DNA of 64,000 bases, taken from a virus. The translations under genes and the position numbers were made by a program. The stretch is from IMG/VR virus record IMGVR_UViG_3300013772_000005, positions 7,407-71,406 of that record; one strand, written 5' to 3'. The notes under the pieces are model-generated. The model was not told the origin of the DNA. It ran no database searches and was given only the letters and a program-made list of their open reading frames with translations. Below, one piece after another: positions 33,660 through 42,835 of this stretch. Within the stretch, counting starts at the first letter, position 1; each line of letters begins with the position of its first letter.

Positions 33660-36600
33660 CAGACCACCGACATCGCGCTATCGGCGATCCTTGCCTGCTC
33701 GTTGTCGGCAATGGCGATGTTGGCCGTTGGCGAAGTGATCTGCGCATCGAAGACGCCACTGACGCCTTTGACCTGGACTGTGACCTCAGAGAGGATGACG
33801 TCGTCGCCGACTCTCAGGCGGTTGATGTAGTTCGAGATCGCCGACTTGATGCTGCTGACGATGCTGGTGAGCGCCACGCCCTGCTGTGTCGTGATCGTCA
33901 CGGCTATCGCCACCGGGATCGTCACGGCTTCCAGGCCCTCGACCTGCACGCCAGCGGCTCTTAGGCCCGGGTAGGTCGCCTGATCGGTAGCCAGCCCGTC
34001 GACTGTCCACTGGACCTGCTGAAGGAGCCCGGTGAAGTAGCGGTAGCCGTCGGTGCCGCTGGCCGTCAGCGGGAAGACGAGCTGCGTGTTCGCCGTGCCA
34101 CCCGACACCTCGATCGCCGCCGTCTCACCGGCGTTGAGGGAAGCAAGCTGCACCCGGCGTCCAGCGTCTGAGGCGCGGACTTCGACCTGCGTCGTCAGCA
34201 GTGTCACCTGCTTATTTTGCAGGAAGGCGACCAGCTCAGCCGTGCTCTTCGGGATCACCTGATACTTGTCGCCGATGGCCGGAAGCCCCGGAAGGGCTGA
34301 AGTCAGCGTCACCGTGCCCGAGGCTGCGACGTAGCTGGCGATCTGTAGGCGCTGCGCCACCTGCGTGCCGTTTTCCACGTAGAGGTCAAAGCCGGCGATC
34401 TGTCCGTCTGTCGGGAAGGTCGCCGAGAGCGACGAGTCTACAAGAACAGTTGTGCTAGTAGCCGCAGTAAGAACGCTCTCTTTGAAGATCGGGACGTTAA
34501 ATGAAGCTGCAAAATTACCGTCCACCACAATGATGAGATTGCTTGACGGAGCAAACGACCATGGACCTTGAGACGATTCAATGGCTGGCACATGCGAGGT
34601 GAAGCCTGTGGCTAGGCTCGTTGAGAAGTTGAGCGCCGTGTTGGCGCCACCGGCGACGATCTGGAGCGTGCCGCCGTTCATCCGGTTGACCTGGATCTGC
34701 ACCGCCGTGCCATTCACCGCCGTCGTCGCCGTCACACCCGGCACCCGGGCGTTGATCGCCGCTGCCACCTCGGTCGGCATGGCCGACGTCGGGATGACGA
34801 AGTCGCCGCTGGCAAAGGTGATCGTCTCGGTCACGCCGTCGACAATCAGTGTCAGCACCGCTGTCGGCAGGGTGGACCAGTTTCCTGGTCCGCTGACGAC
34901 GTAGGGGCGCGTGCTGAAGCTGCCGAGCGTCACCACGTCACCAGCGATGAGCGGGGTTTCCAGCTCGATCTGGCCGTTGAAGCGGTTCATCGTGTAGTCG
35001 TTGTTGGCGCCGGCCACCTCGGTCTCGCCAAACTGAAAGGCGAGGTTGGCGCCGCACACCATGACGTAGCTCTCGACCGGTGGCACCGTGACCACGGACG
35101 TCGTGCGCTGGATGCGGAACCAGTAGGCCGTGACGCTCTGCACCGTCGTCTTCCGCCAGCGGAACGGCGCCTGGAAGAGAATGTTGCCGCTCTGCGTGAA
35201 GCCAAGGGTACCGTCGTCGACACCGACCGCTGTCCACGCCGTGCCGTTCCAATACTCGAAGTGCGCACCGATGTCGTTTGAGGCGGCCGTCGACAGCTTG
35301 GCGTAGACCGAGTCGAATGGCACGTCGGTGTGCCCAAGGTAGAGGTAGGCGAGGTTGGCGCCAAACATCTGCACGTTGGCGCTGGTCTTCGCCTCCGTCG
35401 TCCGATCGACGAGCACACCGCCCTCGGTGTTGAAGACGTTCGTGAAGGTCGAGACGATCCGCACCTTCGAGATCGCTGAGCGCTCCGTCTTCGACGACAC
35501 GGTGAGACGGGTGCTACTTGACGACAGGTTGGCGTTGACGCCCGCCGCCTGGGCATTCACCGCTGCGGCGATGATGTCGGCCGTGACCGCTGTGGGCGAA
35601 ATGAAAGTCGCCGGATCAAACCACACCTTCTGAAGGTTCGTGTAGCGGCCGTCGACCGCCAGCGAGAGGTGCAGAAGCCCGCTCGACAGGTCGTAGGTCT
35701 GCGTGGCGCCCGACTCGATGGCGGCCGTGCGCCCATCCTTTGAGAGCAGCGACAAAACGCCAGCTCTCAGCAGGTAAAGCTTGGCGGTGAATTTCTGATC
35801 CGTCTGGAAGGCCAGGCCGGAGTTGGCCGTGCCGCCCGTCACCTGGATCTCTTCGTCGTTTGACGTCCGGGAGAAGATGCGCACCTTCGAGCCGCCCGAC
35901 GACACCCGCGCCTCGAAGCTGACGGCGACGGCGTTGATCTTGATCAACACCTCTTGCGCCGTGGCGGCACCAGGGGAGGCGAAGTCGGAGTTGACGAAGG
36001 TGATCGTCTCGGTCACGCCGTTGACTGTGACAAACAGCGTGGCGTTGTTGGCGATGTTGAAGGGGTAGCTGTTCTGCGTTTCGACGAAGGCTTTGACGAG
36101 CGGGAAGTTGGCGACGTTGAGATACTGCTCACCGCCGGTTGCCAGCGTCACGACCGTCTCGACGCCGATATCGAGGAAGCTTGGGATGAAACCGGTGCCG
36201 TCATCGACGAAGAGCTTGACCACGTCGCCCGGTGTCGTCGTGTCGCGCAGCGTCACGGACACCACGCGCTTATTGTCTTCGGAAGACGTCAGGCCAAGAA
36301 CACCATTGATAATCGACGTGCCGGTGCCGCGCGAGAGCGACTGAATCGTGTTTTTGATCCGGTCCCGGAGGTCCTGGTCCGACTCGTCGTCGAGACCGTT
36401 CGTCACCTTCTGCGGGTTGGAAACGGTGGCCGTCGCAAACGGCTTTGACTGGAAGGCTTGAATGGCACCGATCGGCACGTTGCCGACGCTGCCCACCTGA
36501 TTGCAGGTGACGTCGATACCGGTCGCCTGCGTCTCGCCATCAAGGATCGTCCCCGAGACGTCGAGCGTGTACTGCACCTCAGGGCTGGTGTCGGAGGCTG

Positions 36601-37180
36601 GCACCTTGACGATCGAGCCGGATGAGATCACCCGGTCGCCAGCTTTCGCCAGAATGATCGTCTCACTGGTGCCGTGGTCCTTGGCCGTCGCTGCCGAGAG
36701 GTTGAAGGTGACGTAGTTGGCAAACTGCGTGACCGAGGCGTAGGGGACCTTCTCGACGTTCGTCGTGCCGCGTCCCAAGATCACCGATCCGGAGGCGGGG
36801 AAGCCGGTGGCCACGTCGCCATTGATCGCCATGGAGCCGGCCAGTGCGCCCGGCAGGCCCGCGTAGACGTTCGTCACAACCTTGACGAAGGCGCTGTCGC
36901 CGAGCGTCACTGTCGTCGATGCCGCCGCTGCCGTGACACGAGTGAGCGAATACTCGGCGGCCCGCGCATCAAGGTCGCTGCCCTCCACCGTGTCGAGCGA
37001 GTAGCCCCGGATGATTTCGAGCATCTGGAAATACTGCTCGTCGTCCTCGGTGGCCGCCGCCTCAAGCATCGTCGTCCAGATCGTGCCGTAGTTGACGTCA
37101 GTCAGCGGCGTGTTGGCGAGGAGCGTCGCCAGCATGTCCTTCATGATGACCGTAAAGGTTCTCGGTGCGAACAAGCCCAT
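33659..37180 (-). CDS. Baseplate J-like wedge protein with large internal insertion
   Basis: GSDLDARAAEYSLTR, NGLDDESDQDLRDR, AAGVQV, YINRLRVGDDV. Confidence 0.85.
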   Translation of the reverse strand: MGLFAPRTFTVIMKDMLATLLANTPLTDVNYGTIWTTMLEAAATEDDEQYFQMLEIIRGYSLDTVEGSDLDARAAEYSLTRVTAAAASTTVTLGDSAFVKVVTNVYAGLPGALAGSMAINGDVATGFPASGSVILGRGTTNVEKVPYASVTQFANYVTFNLSAATAKDHGTSETIILAKAGDRVISSGSIVKVPASDTSPEVQYTLDVSGTILDGETQATGIDVTCNQVGSVGNVPIGAIQAFQSKPFATATVSNPQKVTNGLDDESDQDLRDRIKNTIQSLSRGTGTSIINGVLGLTSSEDNKRVVSVTLRDTTTPGDVVKLFVDDGTGFIPSFLDIGVETVVTLATGGEQYLNVANFPLVKAFVETQNSYPFNIANNATLFVTVNGVTETITFVNSDFASPGAATAQEVLIKINAVAVSFEARVSSGGSKVRIFSRTSNDEEIQVTGGTANSGLAFQTDQKFTAKLYLLRAGVLSLLSKDGRTAAIESGATQTYDLSSGLLHLSLAVDGRYTNLQKVWFDPATFISPTAVTADIIAAAVNAQAAGVNANLSSSSTRLTVSSKTERSAISKVRIVSTFTNVFNTEGGVLVDRTTEAKTSANVQMFGANLAYLYLGHTDVPFDSVYAKLSTAASNDIGAHFEYWNGTAWTAVGVDDGTLGFTQSGNILFQAPFRWRKTTVQSVTAYWFRIQRTTSVVTVPPVESYVMVCGANLAFQFGETEVAGANNDYTMNRFNGQIELETPLIAGDVVTLGSFSTRPYVVSGPGNWSTLPTAVLTLIVDGVTETITFASGDFVIPTSAMPTEVAAAINARVPGVTATTAVNGTAVQIQVNRMNGGTLQIVAGGANTALNFSTSLATGFTSHVPAIESSQGPWSFAPSSNLIIVVDGNFAASFNVPIFKESVLTAATSTTVLVDSSLSATFPTDGQIAGFDLYVENGTQVAQRLQIASYVAASGTVTLTSALPGLPAIGDKYQVIPKSTAELVAFLQNKQVTLLTTQVEVRASDAGRRVQLASLNAGETAAIEVSGGTANTQLVFPLTASGTDGYRYFTGLLQQVQWTVDGLATDQATYPGLRAAGVQVEGLEAVTIPVAIAVTITTQQGVALTSIVSSIKSAISNYINRLRVGDDVILSEVTVQVKGVSGVFDAQITSPTANIAIADNEQARIADSAMSVV

Positions 37181-37188
37181 TACGGCTC

Positions 37189-39309
37189 CTATGCGACTTT
37201 GACAGGGACCGTGAGCGGTTCGTCCACGTCCTTCAGCTTCAGAATCATGTTGACCATGAGTGTCGAGCCAGCTTGCGCCACGCTGGCGAAGATTACCGAG
37301 TCAATGGCGTTGTCGGCCTGGAGCGAGAGGCGGATACGGCCGATGATCTTGTCGAGGTCGTCATGAAGACGCTCGCCAATCTTCAGACCAACGCCGATCG
37401 ACTGATGGTATTTGAGCGAGCCTGGATCGAGCAGCAGCTTGACGGCGATGCGCTGGCCGATGTTGGCGCTGCCGGCGACGAGCTTGATGTCGTTCGTATT
37501 CGATACGGCAAGGTCAAAGTCGTCGGTGAGCTGGAAGTCGACGCCAAATTTGCGCTCGCCAATGGGAAGGTTGAAGACGATCGGCGGATCGGTTGGCTTC
37601 GTCACGGTGTTGAAGGTTGTGCTCGGGCTGCCGTTCTGCGGGATCAGCAACTTGTCGCCAGGACGCGCGACGCCCGGGATGCGCACCGGATTCACGTCTA
37701 GCGGCGTCGTATCGACATAGGGCGCCTTCAAGCCGTTGTAGAAGGCGATGTCCTTATACTTCGACGGGTCACCCATGAAGAAGGCCGCGAGCGCCTGGAT
37801 GGTCATGCCGCCGTCGATCGTGACCGTCTTCGCCATCTTCGTGGCAGTCGAAACGGCACTGGCTGCCGTTGCCGACGCCTTGGCTGCCGCCTGTGCCTTG
37901 GCCGTGACGATCTCGGCGATCGACTGCTTTGCCTTGGCGGCGGCAAGCGAGTCGCCAGCGGCCTGCGCCTTGACGAGATCGGCTTTCTTCTGTGCCAGGA
38001 CGCCAGCCGCTGCCGCTGTTGCCGCGTTGGCGGCCGATGCGGCATAGACCGCATTCACGACGTCGGCCTTCACCTTGCTGTTCTGAGCGAAGAGCTTGGC
38101 GGTCTGGAGCGCCTTGTCAGCGGCGATCTTCGTTTGCTTCAGCGCGTTGAGTACCTGCTGCTGGCTGTAGGCCACCGCCGCTGTCTGATTCTTCGCGGCG
38201 ATCGCCGCCTCGATGATGGCGATGTTGACCGCGACGGCGTCTTTGAGTTTTTGTACCTGAAGTGCGGTGAGCGTCTTCTGGGCAAACTGCTGCTGCTGTG
38301 CCGATGCCACAGCCGCCTGAAGCTGCGTCGCCTTCTCGGCCTTCAGCGCCTTCTGTTTTTGCGCATCGTTGCCAACGCCGACGGCGGCGAAGTTGTTGTC
38401 GATCTTCTTCTTCAGCGCCGCGACGGTGGCGGCGAAGCTCTTTTGGTTGGCCTTGCCGTTGTTGAAAGCCTGAATGCCCTGGGTGATGGCGTTGATCGGC
38501 CCAAGGATTGTGTTCTCGATGTTTTCATCGACGAGCTTGACGAAGTCGAAGGCACCGGCGATCACCTGGCTCACCGCCTGAAGCGCGCCGGTGATGTCCT
38601 CGATTGCACCGTCGATCGATGCCAGAAAGCCCTTGTCCTTGGCTACTAGCTTGGCGATGCCAATCGCCTTCAGGTTGATCGAGTAGTCGTAAAGGAGCGG
38701 CTTTGACGCCGAGCGCTTCATCGTGAAACGCTGGGGCTCGACGAACAGATCCTCGTGATCACGAAGGTTGCGCCAAACCAGCCGCAGCTCGCCATCGTTG
38801 GCGGCGTCAGGATCGTTGCGCTTCTGCTCGACGTAGGCGCGAATGTAGGTGCGCAGCTCGTGGAATTCCATATAGCCCGAGCGACCAGCAGCGAAGACCG
38901 GGCGGCCCGACTGCGGGAAGGCGCCACCCGCGCGCCTGTGCGGTGAAATGCCGGTCGTGCCGCTGATGGAAATGTCCTTCAGCGTCGTGCCCTGGTGCTC
39001 GACCAGCACACCCGAGAAGGTTGGCGTCACCTCAATCGCAAAGATCTCGTCTTGAGAAAGATCCTGTGGATTGATCTGAAGCACAAACTCTTGCCAGCCG
39101 TCGGCATCCGAGACTTCACCGTCCTGCACCCTGACTACCTGGAAGACGTAGCCGAGCGACTTGCGCCAGCTCTTGTCGTTTTCGATGATGACGTTGGAAA
39201 CCGACTGGCCGAGAGCCTTGGGGTAGGCCGGCGTGTCGGAGGCGCCGAAGGCGTTTAGAACGCCGTCAACAGCACCCGTCGCATTTGCGGCGATGTCCGC
39301 AAGACCCAC
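37189..39309 (-). CDS. Tube-initiator-like + LysM-like + gp25-like baseplate fusion protein
   Basis: FVLQINPQDL...DISISGTTG; TIQALAAFFMGDPSKYKDIAFYNGL; GSLKYHQSIG...DNAIDSV. Confidence 0.6.
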   Translation of the reverse strand: MGLADIAANATGAVDGVLNAFGASDTPAYPKALGQSVSNVIIENDKSWRKSLGYVFQVVRVQDGEVSDADGWQEFVLQINPQDLSQDEIFAIEVTPTFSGVLVEHQGTTLKDISISGTTGISPHRRAGGAFPQSGRPVFAAGRSGYMEFHELRTYIRAYVEQKRNDPDAANDGELRLVWRNLRDHEDLFVEPQRFTMKRSASKPLLYDYSINLKAIGIAKLVAKDKGFLASIDGAIEDITGALQAVSQVIAGAFDFVKLVDENIENTILGPINAITQGIQAFNNGKANQKSFAATVAALKKKIDNNFAAVGVGNDAQKQKALKAEKATQLQAAVASAQQQQFAQKTLTALQVQKLKDAVAVNIAIIEAAIAAKNQTAAVAYSQQQVLNALKQTKIAADKALQTAKLFAQNSKVKADVVNAVYAASAANAATAAAAGVLAQKKADLVKAQAAGDSLAAAKAKQSIAEIVTAKAQAAAKASATAASAVSTATKMAKTVTIDGGMTIQALAAFFMGDPSKYKDIAFYNGLKAPYVDTTPLDVNPVRIPGVARPGDKLLIPQNGSPSTTFNTVTKPTDPPIVFNLPIGERKFGVDFQLTDDFDLAVSNTNDIKLVAGSANIGQRIAVKLLLDPGSLKYHQSIGVGLKIGERLHDDLDKIIGRIRLSLQADNAIDSVIFASVAQAGSTLMVNMILKLKDVDEPLTVPVKVA

Positions 39310-39363
39310 ACGTCACCTCGGTTGTCGATGTTAAAACGATAGTAAGCTACTGAATGCGCCCTG

Positions 39364-40005
39364 TCATGCGATTGTCCCCGCCGTCCCAGCACCGAGAGTC
39401 ATCGGGCCACCCGTCGGTGGGAAAGCACCCACGACTTTTCCCGTCGCATAGGCGCAACGGGCATTGGCCATGATGTAGCCGGCGACCGCCGTGTAAACCG
39501 GCGACGCCAGCGGTCCGGTGCTGACGGTCGTTGCCCACGCCGATCCGACCAGGCCGGCGACCAGGCCGCCCGATCCGGCACCGGCAGCCAACGGACCACC
39601 AGAGAGCGGCGTCGCTGTGCAGTTGCCGGTGATGTCGCCGACGGCGAAGCTGACTTTCCCCGATGCCATCAGGTAGGTCGTTGAGGCATTGGCCTCCGCT
39701 GAAAGCTGGCTGGAGTCGGCACCGGCGAAGCCCGAAGTGAGGTCGGCGAGCCAAGTGGTCGGCAGAAGGGCCGAAATCAAGCCGCCAGTGGCCGCGCCGA
39801 GGGTGATGGGAGCACCAGGGGCGCCGGTGGCCACGACCGTTCCTGGGGCATTTGCGACGATCCCAGCGTGAAGCGTGTCGACGACGGCCTGAGCGTACTT
39901 GGTCATCTCGGTTGTGACCGAGATCGGGTGGCCGTCTTTGTCGGTCGGAGGACCGAGCGCCGAGAGAATGGCGCTGGCTAGATCGCTCACGACCAGACCG
40001 CTCAT
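39364..40005 (-). CDS. Gly/Ala-rich spike-associated protein
   Basis: Coupled to the spike gene; LASAILSAL...YAQAVVD. Confidence 0.55.
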   Translation of the reverse strand: MSGLVVSDLASAILSALGPPTDKDGHPISVTTEMTKYAQAVVDTLHAGIVANAPGTVVATGAPGAPITLGAATGGLISALLPTTWLADLTSGFAGADSSQLSAEANASTTYLMASGKVSFAVGDITGNCTATPLSGGPLAAGAGSGGLVAGLVGSAWATTVSTGPLASPVYTAVAGYIMANARCAYATGKVVGAFPPTGGPMTLGAGTAGTIA

Positions 40006-41072
40006 ATGCCACCCATCATCAGCCCGAGCTTCGTCAGCAGCGGCGTCATCTGCGCCACAATGCTGATGGGTGCGCCGAAGCCGGCAGCCGTGCAGGTCGA
40101 GAGCGCCGTCACGAGCTGATTCAGGATGTCGAGCACTTCACCGGCGGCGTTGCCGAGGCCGACCTTGCCGTCAGCGATCTTGAGCTTGCCGCCCGCCGTG
40201 TCCGCCACGTCGACTTCCGTGGCACCGGTGAGCGTCACCTTGCCGCCGCTCGAAGAGACGGCGATGTCCTTGGCGGCCGTGACCGTCACAGCACCGCTCT
40301 TCATCGTCAGGGACGTGCCGCCGCCGGCCGGTGTCGTCGCCGCAATGCCGTCGGCGGCTGAGATTTTGATCTCGTCGCCATAGGCGGTCTTCAGGTCGAT
40401 CGAATCGGCGGCGTTGTCGACGTTGAAGGTCGTGCCGGTCGTGTTCTTGAAGGTGAAGCCGCCGTCGGGGGCGAAGGTGGCGACCGTCCCAACAGCGTCC
40501 GGATTTGTCGGGACACCAGTCGTTGGATCGGCGAGGCCAACCATCTTGACGGTGAACGTCCCGTCGTTTGCGAGCAGAAACTCGAAGCCATTTTGCTCAT
40601 AGCGCTCAAACTCGGCATCAGCAGCGCTTGGCTCTTTGTAGTTTGAGTTTTCACTGACACGCGGATGAACCGCTGATTTAAGGATGATCGGAACGTCACC
40701 GTCACCGTTAATGAAGAGGCACCAGACCGCTTCGCCATCTTTCTTGTCCTCGAAGGTGTTCTGCGCGAGCCCGTCGGGAGAAGTGAAGTCGCGGCCGACG
40801 CCACGGCGAACGCGGGTGTGGTTGTTGAAGATCGAGCCGGCGCTCGACATATCGAGGACACCCGGATAAAGCTGGCCGCCAATCACCACCTTGTATTCAA
40901 GCTGACCGGTGATGTTGTCGTCGTCGTCGGCGAAAACTGCCTTCTGCACGTAGCCGCGCTTGACGCCAAACTGCGACTTCTGCGAGTCGTTGGCGCTCAT
41001 CGGCATCGACGCCCGGACGTTGTTGGGGATCGGACCACCGTCAGGCGAGTAGCGGCGAAGGTTGGAGCCCAT
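40002..41072 (-). CDS. Baseplate central spike (gpV/gp5-like OB fold + beta-helix)
   Basis: GEAVWCLFINGDGDVPII; beta-strand repeats; position after the hub. Confidence 0.7.
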   Translation of the reverse strand: MGSNLRRYSPDGGPIPNNVRASMPMSANDSQKSQFGVKRGYVQKAVFADDDDNITGQLEYKVVIGGQLYPGVLDMSSAGSIFNNHTRVRRGVGRDFTSPDGLAQNTFEDKKDGEAVWCLFINGDGDVPIILKSAVHPRVSENSNYKEPSAADAEFERYEQNGFEFLLANDGTFTVKMVGLADPTTGVPTNPDAVGTVATFAPDGGFTFKNTTGTTFNVDNAADSIDLKTAYGDEIKISAADGIAATTPAGGGTSLTMKSGAVTVTAAKDIAVSSSGGKVTLTGATEVDVADTAGGKLKIADGKVGLGNAAGEVLDILNQLVTALSTCTAAGFGAPISIVAQMTPLLTKLGLMMGGI

Positions 41073-42835
41073 CAGACGAGGCCCCCAATTTTATCGGCCA
41101 GAGACGAGTTGACGTCGACACCGGCAACGGTGGTTGACTCGTCAACATCCGGACCACGGTCAATCGTCGTCTTCACGAGGCTGGTGACATCGAAATCGGT
41201 GTCGAACTGGCCGGCATCAGCACTGTCGAGATCGATGAAGGGCTTGTCTTTGCTTTCCCACTGGCCACAGCAGAGCGTCCACTCCGTCATCCACTGGCCA
41301 GGGAAGGTCCAGTCGTGCTTATAGCCCTCGACATAAAAGATCTTCGTCGGCGGATTATCAGCAGCACTCTTCGTGGCATCAAAGCGCTCGGGGATGATTC
41401 TCAGGACAACGCCAAGCCGCGCCTGAATGGTACCCGAGGTCTCGACCGTGCCAGACTCGTAGAGGTGATGAAAGGCAAGCTGATCGTAGCGCTGCTCAAG
41501 AAAACTCTTTATCACGTCGACCGAAGCCGTCAGCGACTTGCCGTCTTTGTTGTAGATGAAGTCGACCACCTCTTCGCTGCGCTTCAGTCCGTAGCGACGG
41601 ATCGACTCGCGAAGCTGCATGGGGTTGCCGACACCGCCATCGGCACCGATGTTGCCGAGCTGATTCACCGCACTCTCGGCGTCCTGCATCTTCGGGTGCA
41701 GCCAGATATGGTTGAAGCGGGCGTGACCATCGCGGCCGAGGTTGTCGAATTTGATGTCGTGGTGAAACATCGTCACCACGTCGCCGGTGGCCACGAGATC
41801 GAGCAGGTTGAAGAAGTTGTCGTTGAGGGCGCCAGAGGTGTCGCTGAAGAAGACCGAAGTCGGGCGCGGGCGCAGCGTCAGTGTCGGTTGAGCCGCCCCG
41901 CTGTCGGTGCGCGTGAGGTCGACGTAGATCTCGTTCACGACCATGTTTGAGCTGCGCTCCAGAATCCCCCAGAGGGCACCGTTGCTATTGGGACTGAGTG
42001 ACACGCGCACGGCGTGCCCCGGCAGGTCCGGCCAGACAGCGCGCATCAGGATGTCGTTGAATGAGCCGCCAAGGCTTGAGGCGCCAAAAAACTTCAGCAC
42101 CTCGTCAGGCATGAACCACTGATTGAGCGAGTCGATATGACCGGTTCCTTCAGCGTTGGCCGTCTTGACATCGACACCATCAGCGCTCAGGAAAAGATCG
42201 ACGGTCTGATTCACCAGCGTGTCGGGCGATCCCTCGATGTAGAGGCCCTTCTGGTGAAGGAGCGTATCGGCCAAGCTCTTCGACGACGTGATTGGCACGT
42301 AGGGGTTGAAGAAGATGTCGGTGTCCTCAAACACCTTGCCGAAGTCGCGCCCAGTTACCGAGTAGCGGACCAGCGTCTTCCCGGTCTTCTGATCCTTCTG
42401 CTTTGAGCGGCTGATCCGGTCGACGTTGCCAAACATGACGACGTTCGTGTTGCTCACCGCCGGATCGCTCACCTGATCAAACATCTGGATCACCAGCCAG
42501 TCGCCAGGCGAGATGAGCTGCTTCCAGTTGACCGTCGGCATCAGCGTGATCTCGAAAGACCCGGCCGGCGTATTCATGCTCTTCTCGATCGAGATGGCGG
42601 CGATCTCGGCCTGAATCACGCCGCGCTTGACGCCACGGATCTCGTCGTCGCTGGCCAGGCCGCGAAGGTTGGAAGCGTCGCCGAAATACTGCTCAACGTA
42701 GTGCCAGTAGATGACGCGCGCATGCGAGGTCTTCGACTGAATCGAGCGCTGCTGTCCGCTCTGCGTTACCTGGCCCTTGAGGGTGGCAGCGAAGCCGTCG
42801 CCGAGCGAGCTGGGGTTGATCGGGAAGTCAACCAT
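41072..42835 (-). CDS. Baseplate hub protein
   Basis: KSMNTPAGSFEITL, VTGRDFGKVF, FYVEGYKHDW; follows the tape measure. Confidence 0.7.
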   Translation of the reverse strand: MVDFPINPSSLGDGFAATLKGQVTQSGQQRSIQSKTSHARVIYWHYVEQYFGDASNLRGLASDDEIRGVKRGVIQAEIAAISIEKSMNTPAGSFEITLMPTVNWKQLISPGDWLVIQMFDQVSDPAVSNTNVVMFGNVDRISRSKQKDQKTGKTLVRYSVTGRDFGKVFEDTDIFFNPYVPITSSKSLADTLLHQKGLYIEGSPDTLVNQTVDLFLSADGVDVKTANAEGTGHIDSLNQWFMPDEVLKFFGASSLGGSFNDILMRAVWPDLPGHAVRVSLSPNSNGALWGILERSSNMVVNEIYVDLTRTDSGAAQPTLTLRPRPTSVFFSDTSGALNDNFFNLLDLVATGDVVTMFHHDIKFDNLGRDGHARFNHIWLHPKMQDAESAVNQLGNIGADGGVGNPMQLRESIRRYGLKRSEEVVDFIYNKDGKSLTASVDVIKSFLEQRYDQLAFHHLYESGTVETSGTIQARLGVVLRIIPERFDATKSAADNPPTKIFYVEGYKHDWTFPGQWMTEWTLCCGQWESKDKPFIDLDSADAGQFDTDFDVTSLVKTTIDRGPDVDESTTVAGVDVNSSLADKIGGLV

